Below the pieces are notes generated by a model that saw nothing but the letters and a program-made list of their open reading frames with translations, was not told where the DNA came from and ran no database searches. Of a stretch of 64,000 nt of DNA, positions 37,221 through 46,232 are shown piece by piece. Source of the DNA: an uncultured bacterium (GTDB lineage: Bacteria > Krumholzibacteriota > Krumholzibacteriia > JACNKJ01); the NCBI GenBank assembly GCA_963695095.1, contig CAVOFT010000001.1, positions 2,667,849 through 2,731,848 of the forward strand, in the 5' to 3' direction. A program made the translations under genes and the position numbers. Positions within the stretch are counted from its first letter, which is position 1. Each line of letters opens with the position of its first letter.

Positions 37221-38627
37221 TCACTTGAGAAGCACGAGGCGCGCACTCGTCGTGCCCGCCGCCGTCTCGGCCCGCGCAAAGTACAGGCCACCCGGCAGAT
37301 CCTCCGGTCGCCAGACGAACTCGCGCCGTCCCGCCGGCTGGACGCCCTCGTGGAGCGTCGCCACGCGGCGGCCCAGCGCGTCGTGGATGCTGAGGCTGAG
37401 GGCACCCGCTAGGGGCAGTTCGAGCACGAGCGTTACCGCCGGATTGAAGGGGTTCGGCCAGGCGGCGAGACGGAGGGCCGCGGCCGGCGGCGTCTGGGCG
37501 GTCGTCGAGCCGCCGGGCATCACGATGTCGAAGGGCGGCAGGCCCAGGTTGATCGCGGGGCTGAGCAGCTCGCCCGTGGCGGCGGCGTAGACGCGCAGGC
37601 CCTCGGCGCCGAGCCTGCGGTCGGCGAGGAAGAGCTCGCCCGCCCCGTCCAGCTCCATGTCCGTGAAGTCGTAGCCCGTGCCCGTGGCCAGGGTGCCGAG
37701 CAGCGCGCCCGTGCTCGGGTTGAAGCGCTTCACGCGCGTGACGAAGGCGGCGTCGGCGACGATGGCGTAGGCCAGTGCTTCGCTCACCCAGACCACATCG
37801 ACGAGGTCGCCGCCCAGGGTGCTCTCGGTGACGCAGTGGCCCAGGCTCGCGAGCGCGACCGGGTCCACCAGCTCGACGCCGCCGTCGGCGAGGCCGTAGT
37901 AGCCCACGCAGGCGCAGGCGATCGACGCGCCCGCCCGCCCCAGCTCCCAGGTCGGATTCGCACCCTGCAGCGCGATGGCCTGCACGCCGGCCTGCCCGGG
38001 GTCGCAGTCCACGAGCGTGTCGGTCGCCATGTCGATGACGGCCAGGTAACTGTCGCCGACCGGTGCCCAGTAGAAGTCGCGGTCCAGGCGCAGGATGGCC
38101 ACGAAGAGCAGCCCGTCCACGGCGATGCAATCGCCCGGCTCGCAGGAGCCGTCGGCGTCCGCCCAGGCCGAGAGGTCGATGGCGCCCAGCCAGGCGCCCG
38201 TCGCGGGGTTCATGATCAGCACGTCGTCCGCGTTCTGGCGCGGCAGGTAGGCCTTGGCGCCATCGGGACTGAAGGCCACGGCCTGCGGGTTGGTCGCCGT
38301 GCCCACCGAGAACTCGTGGAGAGTGGCAAAGTCCTGCGCGGGGTCGAGCACCTGCAGGTTGTCCGCACCATAGCGATTGACGATGTAGACGAGCCCGCCA
38401 TGCGCGCGGCCCACGGCGTCCGCGTGGACGGTCGCCACGTCGCGCGTGGCGGTCCAGGGCGCATTCGATTCGCAGACGCTGAACTTGCCGGTCACCCAGT
38501 CCGTGCAGACGGCGCCCACGAAGGGCTGGGCGGGCGCGGGCGCCGCGGCGGCCGCGACGATGAGGGCGATGGCGAAGGCGCAAAGGTGCGGGCGCATGGG
38601 AGTCCTCCTAGCGGGTCGGCAGGTCAC
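37221..38627 (-). CDS. Secreted beta-rich protein carrying a C-terminal T9SS/Por-secretion-type sorting domain.
   Basis: Signal peptide (LCAFAIALIVAAAAAPAPAQP). The C-terminus ...LAAWPNPFNPAVTLVLELPLAGALSLSIHDALGRRVATLHEGVQPAGRREFVWRPEDLPGGLYFARAETAAGTTSARLVLLK is the canonical Por_Secre_tail pattern (PNPF.P.T.I.F.LP......L.I.D..GR.V..L.....G.....W.G.D..G....SGVYF.RL......K). Confidence 0.6.
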   Translation of the reverse strand: MTCRPARRTPMRPHLCAFAIALIVAAAAAPAPAQPFVGAVCTDWVTGKFSVCESNAPWTATRDVATVHADAVGRAHGGLVYIVNRYGADNLQVLDPAQDFATLHEFSVGTATNPQAVAFSPDGAKAYLPRQNADDVLIMNPATGAWLGAIDLSAWADADGSCEPGDCIAVDGLLFVAILRLDRDFYWAPVGDSYLAVIDMATDTLVDCDPGQAGVQAIALQGANPTWELGRAGASIACACVGYYGLADGGVELVDPVALASLGHCVTESTLGGDLVDVVWVSEALAYAIVADAAFVTRVKRFNPSTGALLGTLATGTGYDFTDMELDGAGELFLADRRLGAEGLRVYAAATGELLSPAINLGLPPFDIVMPGGSTTAQTPPAAALRLAAWPNPFNPAVTLVLELPLAGALSLSIHDALGRRVATLHEGVQPAGRREFVWRPEDLPGGLYFARAETAAGTTSARLVLLK

Positions 38628-40762
38628 CGGCCCAGGCGAGGCCGGCGAGCCAGTGGCGGCCGGGCAGGGGGTAGCCGAGCTGATCCTCCACGCGCGTGTC
38701 GCCGAGGTTGCGGCCTTCGATTGAAAGGGTCAGCTTGCCGGTGACGCGCAGGTTCAGCCCCCGCCGACCAGAGCACGGCGGCGGGAAGCCTGCGATCGGG
38801 GTCGTTGTAGCGATCCGAGTAGGTGGCGGCGCGGGCTTCGCGCTCGGCGAAGAGGCCCAGGCGCTCGCTCTCCCAGCCCAGGCGAGCCAGCCCGCGCTGC
38901 GGGCTGCGGTAGGGCAACTGCTTGCCGTCGTAGGCGGCCAGGCCGCTGCGGTCCCGGGCAAAGAGCCGCGTGTCGGCGAGGGTCGCGCGCAGCCCGCGCC
39001 AGGCCAGCGCCAGCGACAGCTCGCGGCCCGTCACGCGGCTGGCGCCGATGTTCTCCGCGCGCACCGAGTACTGGCTGTTGCGCAGGTAGAGGATCTCATC
39101 GGCGAGGTCGCGGCGGAACCAGCTCAGCTCGCCGTCCAGCTCGAGACCGCTGCGGCAGAGGCCGAGCGCAAGGCCGGCGTCCGTCTGCGTGCCGGTCTCG
39201 GGGCGCAGGGCCGGATTGCCGCTGATGCTCACGTCCTGGCCGAAGAGCTCGAGCAGGCTGGGCGCGCGGTAGGCGTCGCCGGCATTGGCGCGCAGCGTGA
39301 GGGCCAGCGCTCCTCGCGCGGCCTCGAGGGCGCGCCAGCTGATCCCGCCGCGCCGCGTGCGTGCGGCGCTCTCGTGCTCGGGCTTGGGCAGGGCCGGCAG
39401 CCAGGGCAGGGGCGGCGGGCCGAAGTAGTTGTCGGCCAAGCGCTCCTCGCCATAGCCGCCGACGAGCAGCAGACGGCCGCCGGCCGCGAGCCAGCGCGCC
39501 TCGAGCTCGCCGCGGCGGGTCTCGCGCCGGCGCTCGAAGCCGGCGGGCTTGGCGGGGTTCAGGTTGTCCGGCAGGAAGCGCTCGTCCTTGCGCTCGATGC
39601 GCAGCACGAGGTGCAGCGGCGCGAGCAGCAGCTCGGCGCGGGCCAGCGCGCCCTGGGCGGTAAGGCGGTCGCGCGTTTCATCGGCGACGAGGAAGGGTCC
39701 CGTCTCCCCGAGCGGATTGAGGAAGCGCGTCCAGCCCAGGCGCGCGAAACCCTCGGCGCCGAGCGAGAGGCGACCGGCGAGCAGCGGGCTCTCCCAGATG
39801 AGGCGGCCGTCGTGGCCGCTCCGCGCCGAGCGCGTGGCGCGCGTGGGCAGGCTCTCGGTGCCCGGGACGCCGTTCTCGCGGGCGAGGTAGCGATAGGCGA
39901 GCGTCCAGCGGCCTCCCCAGCGGCCGGCGGCGGGGGCCCAGGCCAGGCGCGCGAGCAGGTCGCGGGCGGCGAGCTCGGCGTTGGCGCGCAGGCGCAGCGT
40001 GTCGTCGGCCGTGTTGCTGAAGACGGTGCCGTTGCGATCCAGGTAGCTGTAGTCGGCCGCGCTGGCCAGGCCGCCCGCGGCGAGGAAGAGCGCGGTTTCG
40101 CCCGGACCCGCGAGCGCGAGCGAGAGCCCGCCGCGGCGGGTGGCGAAGCTGCCCGTGCCGAGGGCCGCGCGCAGGCCGCGCTGGCCGCCCGTCACCACGT
40201 TGACGGCGCCGGCGGCGCCAGCCGCGCCGAGTTCGACGGGCACGCCGCCGCGATAGACCTCCAGGCGCTCCACGCCCACCAGCGGCAGTTCGTCGAGCAG
40301 GGCCATGCCGCTGAAGGGGCTGCGCAGGTCCATCCCGTCGACGAGCAGGGCCACCTCCTCGCCCCCCGAGCCGCGGAAGCTGGCCGTGCTGAAGCTGCCC
40401 AGGCCCCCGAGACTGCGCAGTTCGACACCCGGCAGCTCGGCGAGCAGGGCAGCCGGCGCGGCGAGGCGGCGCGGGTGCGCCGCCGGCAAGATCACCGCGC
40501 GGGCCAGGCTCTCGCGCTCGGCGGCGAGGCGGCGGCGCAGGGGATCGCCCTCGACGGTGACCGTGGGCAGGGGAAAGATCGTGTCCAGGGGGGACCAGGC
40601 CTCGGGCGCCAGGGGTGCGGGCGCTGGCGCCATGGGCGCAGCCGGGCCGCCGTCCTCGGCGCCGGCCGCGGCGGCCGTCGAGAGCCCGAAGAGAAGAACG
40701 AGCGCGGCCAGGCCGACGCTAGGGCGAGAGCCCCGGCGCGCGCGGCGTCGAGCTTGAGCCAT
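38608..40762 (-). CDS. TonB-dependent outer-membrane receptor, probably a BtuB-like cobalamin importer given the upstream B12 riboswitch; one apparent frameshift near 38770 before the C-terminal strands.
   Basis: Plug domain (…VTVEGDPL…, RSLGGLGSFSTASFRGSGGEEVALLVDGMDLRS), a long beta-barrel body, and the C-terminal barrel closing in ORF 38608..38961 (…KLTLSIEGRNLGDTRVEDQLGYPLPGRHWLAGLAW…). Confidence 0.7.
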
Positions 40763-40834
40763 GATCAGCGGGGAGACCGTGCGTGCGCACGCCCCTCACT
40801 CCTTCCACGAGAGTGCCGGAACGAGGGTCGGGGC

Positions 40835-40995
40835 AGGTCTCCTGACTTACGGGGGGCCGAAGCCCTCGCGACCGCCGCCTTCCCAGTTTCCCAGTGGCGT
40901 CGTGGCGGTCTCCCGATCACAGTGGCGGGACCGTGGCGGCTTCACACCGCGCTTCCCTATTCTACCCTTGGGCGGACGCCCGCGGGTCACCACCG
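40835..40995 (-). promoter_or_regulatory. Cobalamin (AdoCbl) riboswitch in the 5' leader of the TonB-dependent receptor gene.
   Basis: Minus-strand sequence ...AATAGGGAAGCGCGGTGTGAAGCCGCCACGGTCCCGCCACTGTGATCGGGAGACCGCCACGACGCCACTGGGAAACTGGGAAGGCGGCGG... contains the conserved AGGGAA, GGTG.GAA.CC, CGGTCCCGCCACTGT (B12-box GCCACTG) and GCCACTGGGAA..GGGAAGGC elements in canonical order, about 80-230 nt upstream of the receptor start codon. Confidence 0.8.
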
Positions 40996-41058
40996 ACCCT
41001 GAACGCCGCCGAGCATAGCGCCATTGCGCACGGGCGGCAAGTCGCTTTCTTGGGGCGC

Positions 41059-41991
41059 ATGCTATCGCCCCCCGCGGCCCGGGATCCCTGGACCGTCACG
41101 CTCGCCCTGCTCGCCGTCCAGCTCCTCTTCGGCGTCCACTATGTGGTGGCCAAGCTGATCGTGACGGCCATGGACCCGGCGGCCTGGGCCTGCCTGCGCT
41201 CGGCCAGCGCCTTCGCCGTGCTGCTCGCCCTCGCGCTCATCTTCAAGCGCCGCCTGCCGGCGCCGCGGCGCCTGGCCTGGCTGGCCCTCTGCGCGGTCTT
41301 CGGCGTCATCCTCAACCAGGCGCTCTTCCTCGAAGGCCTGGCCCGCACGACGGCCGCCCACGCGGCCGTGATGAACAGCCAGATCCCCAGCTTCGCCCTG
41401 CTCGCCGCCGTGCTGATGGGCCAGGAGCGCCTGTCGCGGCGCAAGCTGGCCAGCTTCTTCCTCGGCCTGGCTGGCGTGCTCGTGCTGCTCCGGGCCGAGA
41501 CGCTCCGCTTCGACGCGGCCACGCTCACGGGCGACCTGCTCAACCTGGCCAACGCGGCGAGCTACGGCCTCTTCATCGCCCTGTCGCGCAAGGTCATGGC
41601 CAGGGAGGACGCGCTGGCGGCCACGGCCGTGCTCTTCTTCTTCGCGACGCTCGGGCTCGGCGCCTACGGGCTGGACGAGGTGCTCGCCCTGGATGCGCGG
41701 ATCATCACGGCGGGGCTGGTCGGCGCCATGCTGTTCGCCGTGCTCGGCGCGACGGTGGCCAGCTACCTGCTCAACGTGTGGGCGATCAAGCGCACGCAGG
41801 CCAGCCACGTGGCGCTCTTCATCTTCCTGCAGCCCCTGGTGGCGGCGGCGCTGGGGGTCGTCGCCCTCGGCGAGCGGGTGACGCTGCGGCTGCTCCTCGC
41901 CCTCGCCCTGGTCTTCCTCGCCCTGGCCCTCCGCGACGGCCGCGTCCCCGCGGCCCCGCCTGGCGCCGCCCCGGCCGAAAGAGCGGCTTGA
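41059..41991 (+). CDS. EamA/DMT-superfamily transporter (10 TM).
   Basis: Two EamA-like halves (…LLFGVHYVVAKLIV…, …LNLANAASYGLFIALSRKV…). The track ORF 40894..41991 starts upstream inside the riboswitch region; the likely start is MLSPP at about 41059. Confidence 0.7.
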   Translation: MLSPPAARDPWTVTLALLAVQLLFGVHYVVAKLIVTAMDPAAWACLRSASAFAVLLALALIFKRRLPAPRRLAWLALCAVFGVILNQALFLEGLARTTAAHAAVMNSQIPSFALLAAVLMGQERLSRRKLASFFLGLAGVLVLLRAETLRFDAATLTGDLLNLANAASYGLFIALSRKVMAREDALAATAVLFFFATLGLGAYGLDEVLALDARIITAGLVGAMLFAVLGATVASYLLNVWAIKRTQASHVALFIFLQPLVAAALGVVALGERVTLRLLLALALVFLALALRDGRVPAAPPGAAPAERAA

Positions 41992-42044
41992 CGGTTTCAG
42001 AGAGATGCGACAAACTTCAGGAAACCTTAGCCCCGAGGCCAGCC

Positions 42045-42374
42045 ATGGACCCCCACCACTTGCTCAAGGACCCCAAGGTCGTCGCCCTGCAATCGGCCAT
42101 CTGCAAGATCATGAGCAATCCCCGGCGCGTGCAGCTGCTGCACATCCTGGAGACCGGCGAGAAGAGCGTGGGCGAGCTGGTCGAGCTGACCGGCCTGCGC
42201 AAGGCCGCCGTGAGCCAGAATCTGGGCCTGATGCGGGCGCGCAAGCTCGTCACGGCGCGCCGCGACGGCCAGAAGGTCTACTACACGCTCCGCAGCCGCC
42301 GCCTGCTGGCCGCCTGCGCGAGCATGGAAGAGCTGCTCACCGAGCTGATCGCCCTGGAGCCCGAGACCGACTGA
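42045..42374 (+). CDS. ArsR/SmtB-family metalloregulatory HTH repressor.
   Basis: MDPHHLLKDPKVVALQSAICKIMSNPRRVQLLHILETGEKSVGELVELTGLRKAAVSQNLGLMRARKLVTARRDGQKVYYTL is a winged-HTH ArsR signature. Confidence 0.75.
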   Translation: MDPHHLLKDPKVVALQSAICKIMSNPRRVQLLHILETGEKSVGELVELTGLRKAAVSQNLGLMRARKLVTARRDGQKVYYTLRSRRLLAACASMEELLTELIALEPETD

Positions 42375-42536
42375 AGCCGGCCACCGCCCCCCTCGCCTCC
42401 TCGCATGACAGATTCAGGCCATTCGGGCCTTTAACTACGGGCGCCTCCTGCCTACATTGCCCGGGTCCCGCCCGGCCGAGCGCCCACTGGGGCGAGCGCC
42501 GCGGCCTGGATTTCGCGACAACCGCAGGGGGTTTGC

Positions 42537-43385
42537 ATGCCGTACACCATCCTCGCCAAGCGGACCCTCGCCCCGAAGACCGTGCTCTTCGAGATCGAGG
42601 CGCCCCAGGTGGCCCGCAAGGCCAAGGCCGGCCAGTTCATCATCCTGCGCGTGCAGGACCAGGGCGAGCGCATCCCGCTCACCATCGCCCAGACCGATCC
42701 GGAGCGCGGCAGCGTCACCATCGTGATCCAGGAGCTGGGCAAGACGACCTTCGACCTCAACCGCCTCGAGGCGGGCGAGAGCTTGCTCGACTTCGTCGGC
42801 CCCCTGGGCAAGCCCACGCACATCCAGAAGCAGGGCACCGTGGTCTGCGTGGGCGGCGGCGTGGGCAACGCCGTGGTCTGGGCCCAGGTGCGCGGCTTCA
42901 AGGAGGCGGGCAACCGGGTGATCACGATCATCGGCGCGCGCAGCAAGGAGCTGCTCATCCTCGAGCAGGAGATCGGCGCGCTCAGCGACCAGCTCATCGT
43001 CACCACCGACGACGGCAGCTACGGCCGCAAGGGCCTGGTCACGGAGCCGCTCGCCGAGCTGCTCGAGAAGGAGAAGGTGGACGAGGTGGTCACCATCGGC
43101 CCGGTGATCATGATGAAGTTCGTCTGCAAGACGACGGCGAAGTTCGGCGTGCCCACGCAGGCCAGCCTGAACCCGATCATGGTGGACGGCACCGGCATGT
43201 GCGGCGCCTGCCGCGTCACGGTGGGCGGCGTTACCCGCTTCGCCTGCGTGGACGGCCCCGAGTTCGACGGCCACCAGGTGGACTTCGACGAGCTGATGAC
43301 CCGCCTGGCCTTCTACAAGGACCTGGAGACCGCGGCCTACGAGCGGGCGCGGGACCACGAATGCAACCTGCTCAAGCAAGGCTAG
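42537..43385 (+). CDS. nfnA: NfnA/SudB/PyrK-like flavoprotein (FAD and 2Fe-2S electron-transfer subunit), the small subunit of an NfnAB-type ferredoxin:NAD(P) oxidoreductase.
   Basis: FNR-like barrel (FIILRVQDQGERIPLTIA), nucleotide-binding VCVGGGVGNAVV, and C-terminal 2Fe-2S Cys cluster (MCGACRV…FACVDGPEF). It sits immediately upstream of the GltD-like large subunit. Confidence 0.7.
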   Translation: MPYTILAKRTLAPKTVLFEIEAPQVARKAKAGQFIILRVQDQGERIPLTIAQTDPERGSVTIVIQELGKTTFDLNRLEAGESLLDFVGPLGKPTHIQKQGTVVCVGGGVGNAVVWAQVRGFKEAGNRVITIIGARSKELLILEQEIGALSDQLIVTTDDGSYGRKGLVTEPLAELLEKEKVDEVVTIGPVIMMKFVCKTTAKFGVPTQASLNPIMVDGTGMCGACRVTVGGVTRFACVDGPEFDGHQVDFDELMTRLAFYKDLETAAYERARDHECNLLKQG

Positions 43386-43395
43386 GGGGTGCAGC

Positions 43396-44859
43396 ATGAG
43401 TGACGAGAAGCCCAACGGCGGCAAGCCCAGGCGCGTGATCAACAAGCAGAAGCAGAAGACACCGATGCCGGAGCAGGCTCCGTCCGAGCGCATCAAGAAC
43501 TTCAACGAGGTGCCCCTGGGCTACAGCCCCGAGGACGCGGTCAACGAGGCCCTGCGCTGCCTGCAGTGCAAGACCCAGCCCTGCACGGGCGGCTGCCCGG
43601 TGGACGTGGACATCCCCGGCGCCCTGGGCTTCATCGCCGCCGGCGACTTCGAGGCCGCCTACCGGCGCATCAAGACCACCAACTTCCTGCCGGCCATCTG
43701 CGGGCGCGTCTGCCCGCAGGAGGACCAGTGCGAGATGTACTGCGTGCTCGGCAAGAAGGGCGAGCCGGGCGGCATCGGGCGCCTGGAGCGCTTCGTCGCC
43801 GACTGGCACATGAGCCAACCCGAGCTGGAGACCCTGCCCGAGACGGCTCCGCCCACGGGCAAGAAGGTGGCCATCATCGGCAGCGGGCCGGCGGGACTGA
43901 CCGCAGCCAGCGATCTCATCCAGCGCGGCCACGAGGTGCACGTCTTCGAGGCCCTGCACAAGCCGGGCGGCGTGCTCTTCTACGGCATCCCCGAGTTCCG
44001 CCTGCCCAAGAAGATCCTGCTCAAGGAGATCGACGGGCTGCAGCAGATGGGCGTGAAGCTCCACCTCAACTACGTGGTGGGCGCAACCGAGACCCTGAGC
44101 GAACTGCGCGAGCGCTTCGACGCCATCTTCGTCGGCGTGGGCGCGGGGCTGCCCTGGTTCCTGAACATCCCGGGCGAGAACCTCAATGGCGTCTACAGCG
44201 CCAACGAGTTCCTCACCCGCGTGAACCTGATGGGCGCCTACGACTTCCCCCGCCGCGACACGCCGGTGAAGGCGGGCCAGCACATCGTGGTGGTCGGCGC
44301 GGGCAACACGGCCATGGACTCGGCGCGCACGGCCAAGCGCCTGCAGCCCGAGCGCGTGACCCTGCTCTACCGGCGCAGCCGGGCGGAGATGCCCGCCCGC
44401 GGCGAGGAGATCCACCACGCCGAGGAAGAGGGCATCGACTTCATGCTCCTGCACAACCCGCTGGAGATTCTCAGCGACGGCCAGGGCAAGGTGCGCGCCG
44501 TGCGCGTGCAGAAGATGGAGCTGGGCGAGCCCGACGCGAGCGGGCGGGCCAAACCGGTGCCGGTCGCGGGCAGCGAGTTCGAGCTGCCCTGCGACAGCGT
44601 CGTGGTCGCGCTCGGTTGCAGTCCGAACCCGCTGATGACCAAGGTCGAGCCCGAGCTCACCCTGACGAAGCGCGGCACGATCGTGGTCGACGAGGAGACG
44701 ATGGAGACCAGCGTGCCCGGCGTCTTCGCGGGCGGCGACATCGTGACCGGCGGCGCGACGGTGATTCTCGCCATGGGCGCGGGACGACTGGCGGCGAATG
44801 CCATGCATCGCTATATTGCGACCGGTTCGGCGAAGCCGGCTGCAGAGACGGTGAGCTGA
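43396..44859 (+). CDS. nfnB: NfnB/SudA/GltD-like subunit (2x[4Fe-4S] plus FAD/NADPH, glutamate-synthase-small-chain family).
   Basis: N-terminal CLQCKTQPCTGGCPV…CGRVCPQEDQCEMYC, dinucleotide fold VAIIGSGPAGLTAASDL, …VVVGAGNTAMD…, and C-terminal GGDIVTGGATVILAMGAGRLAA. Confidence 0.75.
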   Translation: MSDEKPNGGKPRRVINKQKQKTPMPEQAPSERIKNFNEVPLGYSPEDAVNEALRCLQCKTQPCTGGCPVDVDIPGALGFIAAGDFEAAYRRIKTTNFLPAICGRVCPQEDQCEMYCVLGKKGEPGGIGRLERFVADWHMSQPELETLPETAPPTGKKVAIIGSGPAGLTAASDLIQRGHEVHVFEALHKPGGVLFYGIPEFRLPKKILLKEIDGLQQMGVKLHLNYVVGATETLSELRERFDAIFVGVGAGLPWFLNIPGENLNGVYSANEFLTRVNLMGAYDFPRRDTPVKAGQHIVVVGAGNTAMDSARTAKRLQPERVTLLYRRSRAEMPARGEEIHHAEEEGIDFMLLHNPLEILSDGQGKVRAVRVQKMELGEPDASGRAKPVPVAGSEFELPCDSVVVALGCSPNPLMTKVEPELTLTKRGTIVVDEETMETSVPGVFAGGDIVTGGATVILAMGAGRLAANAMHRYIATGSAKPAAETVS

Positions 44860-44923
44860 GCCGCCATTCCTCTTGAGTGTTGTGTGCCGGCGCCTCCCAT
44901 GGGGCGCCGGTTTTCGTTTGCTG

Positions 44924-46231
44924 CTAGCGGCCCCGGAGCGCCGGCCAGAGCATGAGCACCCCCACCGCACGGCCGCCGAGCAGGGCCAGCGAGGCGGCGA
45001 CCGCGCCGGGCAGGTCGAAGCTCAGCACGCCGAGCGCCAGCAGCAGGATGACCGCCGCCACCTCGGCCCCCGTCGCCCAGGTGATGGGCCGCGTGCGCCG
45101 CGCGACGACGAGGATGGCCCTCTGGAAAGCGTTGATCACCACCAGGGCCGGGATCGCCACCTGCAGCATCAGCGGCAGGCGCGAGAAGGCCGCCAGCGTG
45201 GGGCTGAGACCCGAGACGCGCTCGAACCAGAGACCCGACAGCGGCGTGAAGGCGAGCAGGCAGAGCCCGCCCGAGAGCAGCAGGGCCAGCCGGATCACGA
45301 AGCGCCGCAGGGGCGGCCGCTGCAGCTCGCCTCGCGCGAGGAGCGCGATGCCCACCTCCTGCACGGCCAGGCCCGGCGCGCGGAAGATGAAGCCCAGCGA
45401 GCCGATCACGGGCAGCACGGCCAGCGACTCCAGCGAGTAGCGCGCCTGGCCCATGAAGAAGGTGACCAGGGGCTGCACGGCCATGGTCAGCCAGGCGGTC
45501 AGGGCCAGCGGCGTGTAGAAGTCCAGGATCTTGCGATAGCCGGGCGCCTCGCCCGCCGCCTCGAGCGGCAGGCGGCGCAGCGCGGCCAGCGGCCCGCGCG
45601 CGAGCCAGCGCGTGACTACGGCCTCCACGCAGACGCCGGCCGAGAGCGCGGCCGCGCCCAGCCAGGCGCCCTCGATGCCGCCGTGGGCATAGAGGGCCAG
45701 GCCCATCGCGAGCATGGCGGCCACGCGCGTCATCGTCCCGTAGGCCACGCGCCGCGTGTAGCCGTGGCGAATCAGGATCCCCTGGTAGAAGCGCCGGTAG
45801 CCGATGGCGCCCGGCCAGGGCAACAAAATGAGCAGCGCGCGGCGAGTGAGGCGCTGCACCTCGGGCGGCAACTGGATGAGGTCCGCGAAGATGAAGCGGT
45901 AGATGGGCGGAATGAGGATGAAGAGCATCGTCGCCGTGATCAGGGCGATGAGCGCCATGTTGAAGCGGCGCAGGCGGCGGTAGGCCGTGGGCGCGCCGGC
46001 CAGCGCCGTGGCCGCGCTCATCATCATGATCACCGGCGCCTCGACGATGATGGCGAAAGCGAAAGCGACGCCGTAGGCCGCCAGGTTCATCTTGGGCTCG
46101 GCGAGCCGGGCGATGAGGGCGGCCAGCACGGGGCCCTCGACGGCCATCATCAGCCAGGTGGCGGCCAGTGGCGCCCAGAAGCGGACGATGGCCCGCTGCC
46201 GGAGCGGCAGCTCGGGAGCGCCGGCGATCAT
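44924..46231 (-). CDS. MOP-superfamily (MATE/polysaccharide-flippase-like) 12-TM membrane protein.
   Basis: 435 aa, hydrophobic throughout, with a MATE-like repeat organisation (…VEGPVLAALIARLAEPKMNLAAYGVAFAF…). The family assignment is tentative. Confidence 0.45.
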   Translation of the reverse strand: MIAGAPELPLRQRAIVRFWAPLAATWLMMAVEGPVLAALIARLAEPKMNLAAYGVAFAFAIIVEAPVIMMMSAATALAGAPTAYRRLRRFNMALIALITATMLFILIPPIYRFIFADLIQLPPEVQRLTRRALLILLPWPGAIGYRRFYQGILIRHGYTRRVAYGTMTRVAAMLAMGLALYAHGGIEGAWLGAAALSAGVCVEAVVTRWLARGPLAALRRLPLEAAGEAPGYRKILDFYTPLALTAWLTMAVQPLVTFFMGQARYSLESLAVLPVIGSLGFIFRAPGLAVQEVGIALLARGELQRPPLRRFVIRLALLLSGGLCLLAFTPLSGLWFERVSGLSPTLAAFSRLPLMLQVAIPALVVINAFQRAILVVARRTRPITWATGAEVAAVILLLALGVLSFDLPGAVAASLALLGGRAVGVLMLWPALRGR

Positions 46232-46232
46232 G

